The notes beneath the pieces were generated by a model that was given only the letters and a program-made list of their open reading frames with translations, searched no databases and was not told where the DNA came from. The translations under genes were made by a program, and so were the position numbers. A DNA stretch of 25,000 nt from Takakia lepidozioides (Eukaryota > Plantae > Bryophyta), in the NCBI GenBank assembly GCA_030704615.1, contig JAKLZA010000126.1, positions 1 through 25,000 on the forward strand. The letters run 5' to 3'. Shown here one piece after another: positions 1-10,145 of the stretch. Within the stretch, counting starts at the first letter, position 1. Each line of letters opens with the position of its first letter.

Positions 1-1750
1 TTCTCCCTTCATTTCGCAGATAGCAATGGTCATCAACTTTCTGCAATGTGGGTCGTATACATGTGCCCCCATTGTCACCCAATCGTGGTTGGTAATTCGC
101 TGGATGTGGTCAAACATGACCCAACAATTTGAGAGGTCTCCACTGGTCATCCGCTTCACCAAATCGACGCCGCTCCCCGGTCCGCACGTTGACATCTTAA
201 ATATGAAGCACCTCCGAGCCTTGACCAGGAAAGAAACTGCCTTGGATGAAGTCGTAGCCGCATGTGCGTTTCACTTCCAAGATGGAGTGCATGTCTGATC
301 CTCTTCCGATTCGTTTCTTGCAGCTGACAATGTGGTTCCTGACATTGGGGCTGCACACATGGGAGACAGCTTCCAGCAGGTCCTTCATGTCCCCCTCGCC
401 CAGCTTCTCTCTTGTGCTTCCGTCCTCCGACATTATTCTGCCAATTGCAATCCTATGTGCCGATGCGAGCTGTATCTGCTTTGGTTTTGCACCCGGCCTC
501 AACCTCACCTCCTCCTTGATAATATCCTGGGCTTGTTGAAAAGCGACTCTGCAATTGCCTCTGGCGAGGGGGTGCTCATGCTTTCCGATGTGAATGCATG
601 CTCTGGTGCACGCTGGGCCGACGGTCCCGACGTAGTACTGCTTGGCGTTGCACACTGCCATGCACGTAGGGGCTGCGTTGCAATGGGCACACTTGAACGT
701 CCCTGCAGGAACTCTACCTTGAGGCCAAAATGGGGTCGACGAATTGCCAATCCAGTCAGTCTCATTCCTGGTGCCTTTGCTAGTGTAATGGTAACATGTG
801 CTCGAGAAACATTTAAGATGCCCAGCACACAATACATATCTCACTCGAACTCCATCACCCAGGTTGGACGATGAAGTTTTGGTGACACACCAAGGGTGGC
901 CGTCATGTTTCCTGTTCATTCCTGCGAGCATGCCGTCTGGGCCTGCGCCTGCCGGCACTGGAGGGAACTCGTAGATAGCATTCCCATCCACAACATCAGG
1001 CAAAGTTTCCACAGAATGGATTGGAGTTTTGTCGTAATCAAGCCTAAGAAGGTCACTGGAGCGGGAACCCGTTGTCTTCATCCTCCGCAATATGTCGATT
1101 ACTGAGCGGACGGAAGTTGAGTCGGACGGTGTATGCTGAACACTCCTAGTGACGGACGACTTCGAAACATACGATGGAAGGACCATACAGTCTTCATCGT
1201 CACTGGATAAGTCCTGGACGACTGTTTCCCTGTTTTCCTGGATTTCCCTTTTCACATGTTTGGGCTTCTCTGCTTGTGAAGAGGTGCCCACATCCTTCAC
1301 ATCTTGCACCCCAGACCCTCTTGTGGAAGGAGGATCAACCAAGTTCCAGCGTGGGAACTCTTTAGGCACGATTTCACCAATGGCACTGTACCGGATGGAT
1401 TCAGAAGCTGGGAGCCGCCACTCTTTGCCTTTTCCGAAATCTGCATGCAGAATGACGGCACTTTCCAGAAAATTTCCATAAGCATCCTTCGTCTCCTCTT
1501 CCAAAAACACCGTTCCAGGGCGGAGCCCGAACTTCACACACAAGTACTGCTCAGTGACAATCGCAAATCCTTGGTCGCAGGGTATTTTAGCTTTCAGAGA
1601 ATCAGGATGGAAGTACACGTTGACCCAAACACGGGAGTCCATTTTGAAGACGGGACCTCTCGGTACGCTCCGCAGCGAAGTCCTGCAATGAGAAGAGTGT
1701 GTCCTACCTAATAACACAAATGATTTTCTGGAGGATTCCGTATCCAACAT
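1..1750 (-). CDS. Transposase-like protein: GCM-like Zn-binding domain followed by start of a MULE-like DDE core; frameshifted near 210, truncated by window edge
   Basis: ORF 197..1750 (likely start MDSRVW at 1642) has DGHPW..CAGHLKC...C..CAHC...C...C...HIGKHEHP (about 570-905), resembling the GCM/WRKY-type fold. Manual translation in the shifted frame below 210 gives RCFIFKMSTCGPGSGVDLVKRMTSGDLSNCWVMFDHIQRITNHDWVTMGAHVYDPHCRKLMTIAICEMKGE, consistent with the first catalytic Asp region of an RNase H-fold transposase. Confidence 0.7.
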
Positions 1751-2374
1751 GATGGGTGATCAGTGCACGTAAAGATGAAGGTGTGTAACGTACGTTAAAA
1801 AAACGGACGAAAACAGCAAGTTCACATCGGATATTTGGTGCCTGAATTGTAATGTACAACCACTTGGGGTACAATAAATCAGGCCTTCCCATGAATTTCG
1901 GCACCGAAATCTGGATGAACATCTCTGTCATGTAACAGCTTTGGAAGCCAAGGGATGAATTCTGGCAACAGAAATCGTAATTTGTTTACCTCATAAAACT
2001 GACCAAGCACCCAACGGATGGATTTCGGTGCCGAAATTCGGATGAACTTCTTCTTCATTAAATTGTATCTGCACATATGGGTTGAATTTAGATGCCAAAA
2101 TACGGATAAATGTGTTCCTGATTACAGTCGTGATTGACCACGTGTCCGGATATCGGTGCCGACTTCCGAATGACAGTAATCCTGATTCGGCAGAATGGAT
2201 GTATTTCGGCGCCGAAATTCATTCTTCATCTCCTTTTCCGACCCTAATTCTGCTGCCCTGCGTATGGATTTCGGTGCCAGAATTCATCGGAAGTCCTTTC
2301 TGTTTTTATTTTTCTTTGCGACAGATGAACTTTGGCGCCGAATCTCATCCAAGTACTCCCTTTTAATTTCCCTT

Positions 2375-2600
2375 TTTCTTCGAGAGCAATGAATTTCGGC
2401 GCCGAAATTCAACCAAAATCCTCCCGATTTTTTTTTTCCTCGCGAGCATTGAATTTCGGCGCCGAAATTCATTCCAAGTCCAGAGATATTTTTTATTTTC
2501 CTTCGCGAGCAATGAATTTCGGCGCCGAAATTCATCCGAAGTCCTCCAGAAATTTTTTTTTTCCTTCGCGAGCAATGAATTTCGGCGCCGAAATTCAGCC
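2375..2600. repeat. About 62-bp tandem repeat (x4) within the palindrome array
   Basis: Repeated unit T-rich-(c)ttcgcgagcaatgaatttcggcgccgaaattca..aagtcc; it shows as repeated SRAMNFGAEI in the spurious ORF 2332..2919. Confidence 0.9.
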
Positions 2601-3152
2601 GACTTCATCCCTCCAAATTCTTTTCAGGGTTTTAGCGGCGGATTTCGGCGCCGAAATTCATCCAATGCCTTCCCTCCAATATTTATTTTTCTTTGAAATG
2701 GATCAATTTCGGCGCCGAAATTCATCCTTACTGTCCGCAATGAGTAACTCTAATATTACATTTTCTATGCGACGGATGAATTTCGGCGCCGAAATTCGTC
2801 CAAACCCGGCACTTACTTTTTGCTTTTGGATGATAATTTTCCGTAAATCGTTGGAAATACCCCGTTCCGACGAATATAACAGGAATATTCTGCATTTAAT
2901 GGAGAAATCGGCATATTAAACCACTTCTGTCAAAATTAATTGCATTTTAGCCGTTTTTTTTCATTTGAAACCGACAGTATCCATGAAGTGGTCTTTTTCG
3001 CACGGGACGTTGCCGCACATAAAGTATAATTTCGGCGCCGAAATTATAGTTAAATGTCCAGAAATGGCAAGTCCAACAGTCATGGACAGCATCCGTCAGG
3101 GGCAATGATGGCGGCAAAGCATAGCATCGTGCCGATTTAGTCTTCGCTCTGG

Positions 3153-3695
3153 ATGAATTTCGGCGCCGAAATATGGATGATTTCACCTCGTCTACGCGCG
3201 GACGGACATTCGTAATGAATTGCGGCGCCGAAATATGGATGAAATGTGCCGAAGTGCAGCCGTTTCCGTGTCCCGGAATTGATTCCGGCTCCGATATCCC
3301 ACCGACAGGTTTGCTCATGACGAATGAGGACTTGAAGCGATGAATTCGGCGCCGAAATATGGATGATTTCACCTCGTCTACGCGCGGACGGACATATTCG
3401 TATGAATTTCGGCGCCGAATATGGATGAATGTGCCGAAGTGCAGCCGTTTCCGTTGTCCCGGAATTGATTCCGGCTCGATCGACAGGTTTGCTCATGATG
3501 ACTTGGACGATGAATTTCGCCGAATGGATGATTTCAGGAACGGATATTCGGAATGATTTCGGCGCCGAATGATGAAATGTGCCGAGTGCACCGTTTCCGT
3601 TGTCCCGGAATTAATTCCGGCTCCGATATCCCACCGACAGGTTTGCTCATGACGAATGAGGACTTGGGAAGCGATGAATTGCGGCGCCGAAATTT
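3153..3695. repeat. About 185-bp higher-order tandem repeat (about 3 copies), each unit holding about three palindromic sites
   Basis: The block ...gccgaagtgcagccgtttccgt(t)gtcccggaattgattccggctc...cgacaggtttgctcatga... occurs three times (about 3250, 3435, 3580). Confidence 0.9.
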
Positions 3696-4413
3696 GTAAG
3701 TTTGTGTATGAAAGCACTTGAATAGGATGAATTTCGGCGCCGAAATTCATCCGTCCGCTGATGAAACGTACCGACCTGACTGTTGAATGTCATATGCAGG
3801 GGATTTTCATGGCGGTTGGGTTTCATGATGTGCGGATATTTCATTCAATGCCGGCTGCTCCGGGAACCGCATCCGGTGAACGGAACGTATTTCGGTGCCG
3901 CAATTCGGATAAACCGTCATACACTGGTGGCTGGAACTGGCACGCGTCGTGTTCCAGTCGACTTCATCCGTGCGAACGTGTCAGGGGTCACAATCTCTTC
4001 ATCACCCATACGGCAGAAAGTGGTGGACGGTGGCAACGCTTCGGGAGACGTGGCTGCTTACGCATCTGCTCGTGCATAGTGGTTGCATGTTCCACCGCTT
4101 CGTCTCTCGCTCCTTGCCCTTCTGCAGTGACGTTCTCCTGCGTTTCCTCTCCTTATGCGGCATAGTGGTAGCATAGAGTTTGTGGAAGGTCAGGCGACTC
4201 CGGCAAAGAGGAGGACGCGGGATTTTGGGAAGCCGCCGACGACACGACTTAAGCTCCGTCTCATGCATGAAATGCAGACGTCGTTATCCGGAGACTCGGA
4301 TCGCCCACCAGTGAGAGATTCGTGCTTCGCGGATGTGAAGCACTCCATACGCAATATTCCTTTGACACCTTTGTTTTGGCGTGCAGTGTCTCATGTTTTC
4401 CTGTTTGTTTGAC

Positions 4414-7400
4414 ATGGGAGCTGGGGAGGGATCGCAGGGGGGCGAGGCAACACAGTCAACTTTGGATACTCCTGCCGGGTGCTGCGCTCACAAGGTGGAA
4501 GTGCATCGAGGCAGACGAGTCCTCATTCAACACCTCAGATATCGCCTCCGAAAAGCCCACCTAGAGTTCGGAAGCCGAGAAAGCAGAAGGAGCCCATGGC
4601 TTCGCCAGTAAAACCCCTAGGGAGACTGGAAGCGGAGGTATTGGGTTTGCAGTCAATTTCAGAAAACACAGATGCGGTGGAGGCCGCTGGAGATGTGGGA
4701 GTCGGATCTGCAGAAGGGCGGCCCATTCAACTGACAGAAGGAGAGGACGATAACGTGGTACGACTTGGCGACGATCAGAACCTGCTGGATCTTGCGGAGG
4801 AGCAAAACCTCCAGGACAGTACACAGGCTGGTGAGAGGGGTGAGGGAAGTGACAGAGGTGATACAAGTAAGAAACTGGTGGCGGGTATGCTCATGAGCGC
4901 ACGAGACATGAACATAGCAGCAAACAGGTTGCTGGCAGAGACTCATAGCAACATAGGCCGCGTTTTGGGCTCCATGGTGTATCCCGAGAACCTTAAAGTT
5001 CCTTTGTGTCGCATGGTAAGCCTTCCAGTTGTAAGGCAAGCACTGCCAGGGGATATCGATCGACTGAAGCACAACTTCAGAGAAGGGTACAGACGGGGGT
5101 CGGCAGCATTCTACGTTTCCATTGAGAATGACCAGGGTGTCACAAGGGGCCCCACTGCAGAGGAGCTTCAGAATTGGGGCCCCCACTGGCACACTGTTAA
5201 TGCCGAGTTTGAAGCCTATCTGAAGACTAATCCCACATTCGCACACATGGAAGGGAAGATGTTCTTCGTTTGGGACGGGAACCACAGGATGCTTGCCTGG
5301 ACAGAGTACATTGCTGAAATGCATCCGCAAGATATCAGTTGGCATTACATGGTGGACTGCATTGTCGTGAAGGTGGACGTCAGGGACAGAGGACTGTTGA
5401 AGGGTGCCATGGCGGATATAAATCTGTAAGTATACAATTACATCCTTGTGTACTGCCTATTGCGGCGCCGAAATAGGCAATGTTCACCACTGTCATGCAC
5501 TCTATGAACTGGAAATTGGATTGCTGTGCCGAAATCATATTTTCATGTTGTTTTTTTCTCCATGGCAGGGTAACAGAGAGGGCCTTCGTGGAAACTCATC
5601 TGGCACATACGCTCTACAGAGTGCAAGAAGTGGGGACAGCTCCGCTGACGGACTTCCAAAAGTCCCTCGATCCCGAGCTGTACAGGAAGTCCCTAGCGAA
5701 AGCAGATCGCACCTGGTACCGACCAACACTGGACGCCATGGTGGAGATCCTCTATTCGGTGAGGTTCATCTCAAATTTCAGTATCAATTTAATGTTATTT
5801 GTTGCAGGGATCCGTGGCCTGACTGTATCTGCTGGGTATGGGAATGCAGACGAACATCAGGGATGACTTGGCCTATGCCAAAAGGCAGTTCTTTGAGAAT
5901 GATGCCCCCAACAAGGCGGACGCGTCGATAGAGAGTCATATTGTGCAGGCAGGGAAGCAATCCCGGACCAAGTACAGGTCCAAACTTGTTAAGCAAGTTG
6001 CAATCGCTGACCCTGGTCTTGGTGCCGAGTTCCTGGCGGAGATAGGACTGCATTACTCCAGACCCATGAAACCGGAAATGTCCATGGAGAAACTTCATCA
6101 CATCGCAGTGTCCTGTGTTGAGCCGGCGGAGAAGGTAAGCATGTGTTTATTCTTGTTTTGTGACTTCTCGCGATTCTTATGTTGGAGCTCTTGTCTGACC
6201 GATGTGAGGTGGCTGCAGACGAGGTGGCTGCGAATCTGGAACGGCCATACAAACACGAAGCTGCTGTACCACTTTCCCATCGAGCCAACAGACGACAAAA
6301 TGAACGACTGGCTCAATGTCATGACTTGGTGGCATCAGGTATAATTTTCTCCTATTCTGTGTTGGACATCGTCGCAATTTCAAAATCATGAATGTTTTGG
6401 AAACCTGCCATGATGCAGGTACTGACCCACGCCCAGGAGCAATTGGACTGCAACACCACCACTTTCAAGTTACAGATCGACTGGACGAAGCCTGAGACAA
6501 TGGAGAACTACGTGCAGTCGTGGCGAGGGCGCTTCGCAAACCTCTTTTTCAGAGAAATTGCAAAGGCAAGACGCAGCGTATACATCGAAGAGCAGGAGGG
6601 TGCCGACAAAGCGGCAATGCGTGTCCTGTTCAGGTAATCTGCTGACAATGCATCCCCCTTTTTGCAGTTTAGATGATTTGGTTAAGCAGCGATGGATATT
6701 GCGGCGCCGAAATATACCTCTGCAAGATGTGAGTTCTGGGTAATTGGGGCACGGTCCACTCCGTATTTCGGTGCCGAAATACCTTGTGCATTGACAACTT
6801 CCACTTGCATGATGCATCGGTAGAATGATTTTTGTTGAACTGCCTCGTGATTGCAGGTACATAAACTTTGCACTCATTCCGTCCGGAGCCATTCAAAGGG
6901 TTCCACCATTCTTCCTGGCGTGGAGGACACCTGGAGGTCGTGGAACGATGTACACAGAAGTAATGGCGAAGGAGTGGCATGCCGAGCATTTGGTAAACTG
7001 CCCCTGGTATGTGGATCTCCCAAGTGGGACCGTTGACCTCTCGGAGGTTAACTTGAAGAAGGAAGCGAATGCCAGGGCTATGAAGGCGCAATCGGATCCC
7101 CAACCAGAGGACGCGGAAAGACTGAAAGCAGAGGAGGCAGCCAAGCAGAAAGCACTGAGAAAGTCAGCCAAGGCGGCAGCGTTGGCGAAGGAGCAGATGG
7201 AGAAGCAGGCAGCTGAGCAGCCCAAGGACAGGAAGAAAAGAACGCGCAAACAGGGGCAAGAGACGAAGACCCCCACACCCAAGAAGAAGAAGCAGCAACA
7301 CAGTCAGCCAGATGAGGAGGATTCGGACGACGATTTCCAGCAGGAAAACACCCAGGGGGCCACACCTCGTCCGAAAATTCACAAGGGCCAGCGCTCCGGG

Positions 7401-9316
7401 GGTCGGCTGCAAAGAGATCACTATACGAGGATGCACCTGGCAGACCCTACCGTGCGGTGCAGATTGCGGGCAGGGAAGTCCTCAAAACACCCACAATTGT
7501 GGAGTGTGTTAATGAAAATTTCCTAACTGCTCTGACCAGAAGGCTGGAGATAACGAGTTTGAGGAAGGCGATCGAGGCCCACCAGGGGAAGGGGAAGAGG
7601 AAGGCCACTGGCAATGATATGGAGGACACTCCTGGCTACACAAAGATGATGGAGTATTTTGTGGCGATGAGCCACGGCAAAAAGAGCACAGTCGGGGGCA
7701 GGGCGGTGAAAGCCTCCATCGACATGATCCTTGTGGATATCCCGGATGGGCAGGAGATACTGGGGCTGGGCTCAGTTCCCTGGTGGAACAAGTACGACGA
7801 ACGATACTGGAGCCACACATTCGGGTTCGCAGCCAACATGTTGGACGACGTTGGCTGTGTTGTTGTGCTAGCAGCCGATGGAGAAGTCACTGAGAATGAT
7901 ATCAAAGTATGGACGGGGAGAAGTGCAGCACCCATCCTGAAAAAGATCTGGACTTGCATCAACACGCAGGGTCTTCTCAACGATGGCCAGAAGGTATGCT
8001 GTGGTTCTCCTCTGCTATGTCAATTTCTGGGCCAAATTGCCCCTGTACATGTAGGCCACCTCTGACGTTTTCATTTCCTTCTCTGCAGACTCTTATCTTT
8101 CAGGCATTTTGCTTCGTGAAGGAACATTCGAAATTCAAATTACGTGAAGCAGGAAGACTTGTTGATTCCACAGTTGATCCACTGGAGTATAACGTCCTGT
8201 TCAACCATGTGGGAGAGAAGGACATTCTTTGTGATTTGTCGGGCAAGCCATGGAGGTATGGCAGGACCAGGAGTCCTGCATTCATCCAGACGCTCATGGA
8301 AACGTGTACGGATGTTGAAGGCAGGGTCCTTGACGTCACTGCAAATACAGGTGAGAACGTTAATTGAATGCGGCACCGAAATTGACACCATTTCCGTTTC
8401 TGTATGTTTGCTTGTGCGAGGAAGCGACTCATTCTTGAGTTTGGCTGTGGTTGTGTATGAATTCGCAGGTGCCTGTATGTGGGCGGGAAGGATGTCGAAC
8501 CGATTTGTGTTCTCATTTGAGGGGGATACGGCCTTGTACGATTACAATTTGGCGGGCCTTCAGCGTCTGCCTCCGACTGAGGATCCCAAAAACGCAGAAG
8601 AGGACGTGGAAGGAGAGGAGGAAGATGAAGAGGAGGAAGTCCGGAAATTCGTTCGATGCAGGGGCGCCCGAAGCCGCTTCCCCAATGCCTGTCTTCGAGT
8701 GAGTTGCACCATAGTAAGTGTATTGGTTTCGGTTGTAGGGACCATGCAACCTGCCGATGATTCCCTGTTTGAATTCTCTAATGTACTTCATTCTATGTTT
8801 GTGCGTACACTCAGCCTTGCAGAGTCGTCCGACGAGGAGAAGCTGGGAGACTTGCTCGAATCGGACCCTGTTGCAGAGGAGGAGACAGAATCGCATCGGC
8901 CATTCTTTGCCAGAAAATCGTTTCTCGCGAGTCCCCAGAAGCCCTTTTTTCTACCAGCCTATGCAGACACGGCTGCCAAAGAAGCCATCAGGAGGGAGGA
9001 TAGGCCTACTCGGTTAGAGCAATTGACATACGGGAATGAGCAGAGAATTATAATGAGGCGTGAGGCCAAACATAGAATTGTGAAAGGCAGAGTAGGGAAG
9101 TTCGTAATAGAATCCGCGTCCGAGAGCGAGGGGAATGTCGAGGAGACTTCCGCACCCAGGTGGACAGTTCCGGCTGGTGAGGATGGTATTTTTGAGGGGA
9201 GGGCTTCTCAGAGTAACAGCGGTAGCGGCAGTGCAGGTTCGGAGGCAGGTGGAAGGCAGCCATCCTTGCATGAGGGCGGGGATGCATCGGACAGTGATAG
9301 CGGATCCTCACCATAG
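4414..9316 (+). CDS. Multi-exon protein: acidic N-terminus, ParB/Sulfiredoxin-like domain, helical middle, Lys-rich linker, beta-class N4/N6 DNA methyltransferase-like domain, acidic tail
   Basis: Manually spliced GT-AG introns keep the frame: 5426-5568, 5759-5849, 6135-6218, 6339-6418, 6634-6856, 7994-8088, 8351-8468. A possible further intron starts at 8699; the 5' end is uncertain; one frameshift lies in about 7380-7470. Motifs: FFVWDGNHR (5262-5288); SIDMILVDIPDG (compare SVDLILTDPPY, motif IV); RTRSPAFIQTLMETCTDVEGRVLDVTANTGACMWAGRMSNRFVFSFEGD (compare KP..L...LI...T..GD.VLDPF.GSGT...A....R..IG.E.D, motifs X-I-II). Confidence 0.75.
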
Positions 9317-9559
9317 CAAAGTCTCATTTGGATCCTTTTGTTGTACAGTTCTGAAACACTTAATGAATATATTGACGATTTGAAAAATCATTGTGTTCAG
9401 ACTGCTTGTCCATTCCCTACATTTCTTCCGCCAACCAAAATCTATAATAAAAGCAGAAGAGACGCAAACTTCAGTGAAGAACCCTACAAGTAATTTATGC
9501 ACACCATCGACCCGGGAACTTGAAGCCATGAAAACCCTGCCGTTTCTAACATTCCTATT

Positions 9560-9845
9560 GGGAAATTTGGCGCCGAAATAGCCCAGTTTGCGCCTTCGTT
9601 ATATGGGCCTCAAAAATTCCACGGATGAATTACTGCACCAAAATATTGCGATGGAAGCCTTCAGCACAAGGCACTTCACCACATTCCACTTGGGTATTTC
9701 GGCGCCGAAATTGCCCGTTCTGCGCCATTAAATACCGCACTATATCACATTTTAAGAGGTAATTTCGGTGCCGAAATACCCCGGTGGATGTCTTCAAAAC
9801 ACCATTTTAGCACACTGCTCTTGGGAATAACGGCGCCGAAATTCC
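9560..9845. repeat. Subterminal cluster of five palindromic sites
   Basis: Cores at 9569, 9634 (degenerate), 9701, 9767, 9832; spacing 65-67 bp. Confidence 0.85.
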
Positions 9846-9875
9846 TCATTCCGCATCCTGGACCAGGAGAAACAG

Positions 9876-10009
9876 ACCCTATTACCGAGGTAAGAGGACA
9901 TAACACCGTCAATAAAGGCAGGAAAATTCCAATTCCGCGGATGTCCGCTCATGAGCTCATAGGCTCATAGGCTCATGGGCTCATGCGCTCATGAAATAGT
10001 AAACATCCC
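9876..10009. repeat. Candidate right terminus of the DNA transposon (GACCCTATT motif, six 8-bp GCTCATNN repeats, GAAATAG..CCC)
   Basis: The same motif set recurs at 12590-12698 downstream of the paralogous gene; similarity stops there in both copies. Confidence 0.55.
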
Positions 10010-10145
10010 TAGGGTGGCTGGCACCGAAAACCGAAATTCGGCGCCATTTTTCCAATTCTAGGCCCAGTCAGTTCTGCCCCAACCTGGGAAAATGGTGCCG
10101 AATTTCCAGTTCAGGGACCTCATTCTGTGTTTTTCATGAATGCAG

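Larger units (their letters stand above)
1890..3906. repeat. Array of about 25-28 palindromic sites, consensus ATGAATTTCGGCGCCGAAATTCAT
   Basis: Core (GGCGCC or variant) starts read at 1900, 1964, 2027, 2091, 2155, 2208, 2273, 2334, 2398, 2458, 2521, 2584, 2647, 2711, 2785, 3034, 3162, 3224, 3287, 3348, 3411, 3473, 3561, 3619, 3683, 3736, 3894. A perfect 28-bp palindrome lies at 3725-3752. Confidence 0.95.
1..10009. mobile_element. Putative two-gene DNA transposon (GCM/MULE-like transposase plus ParB-MTase-like accessory gene); left end outside window
   Basis: Divergent transposase-like and accessory genes share one palindromic motif family across 1890-9845. A candidate right terminus (GCTCAT repeats-GAAATAG..CCC, 9945-10009) recurs after the paralogous gene at 12639-12698. 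Confidence 0.65.

Noticed and set aside
1890-2800. CRISPR array (24-28-bp palindromic repeats with about 38-bp spacers)
   Set aside because: Eukaryotic spliced context, no cas genes, several spacers are related to each other, and the motif also occurs dispersed in introns.
2082-3844. ORFs with repeated MNFGAEI / EFRRRNS peptides
   Set aside because: Translation artefacts of the palindrome on both strands.
4155-4412. Possible first exon of the ParB-MTase gene (MRHSGS...; GT at 4311)
   Set aside because: No in-frame acceptor could be identified by eye; left unassigned.
7457-8560. Bacterial restriction-modification system or contamination
   Set aside because: The gene has multiple GT-AG introns shared between paralogs and no endonuclease partner is visible.
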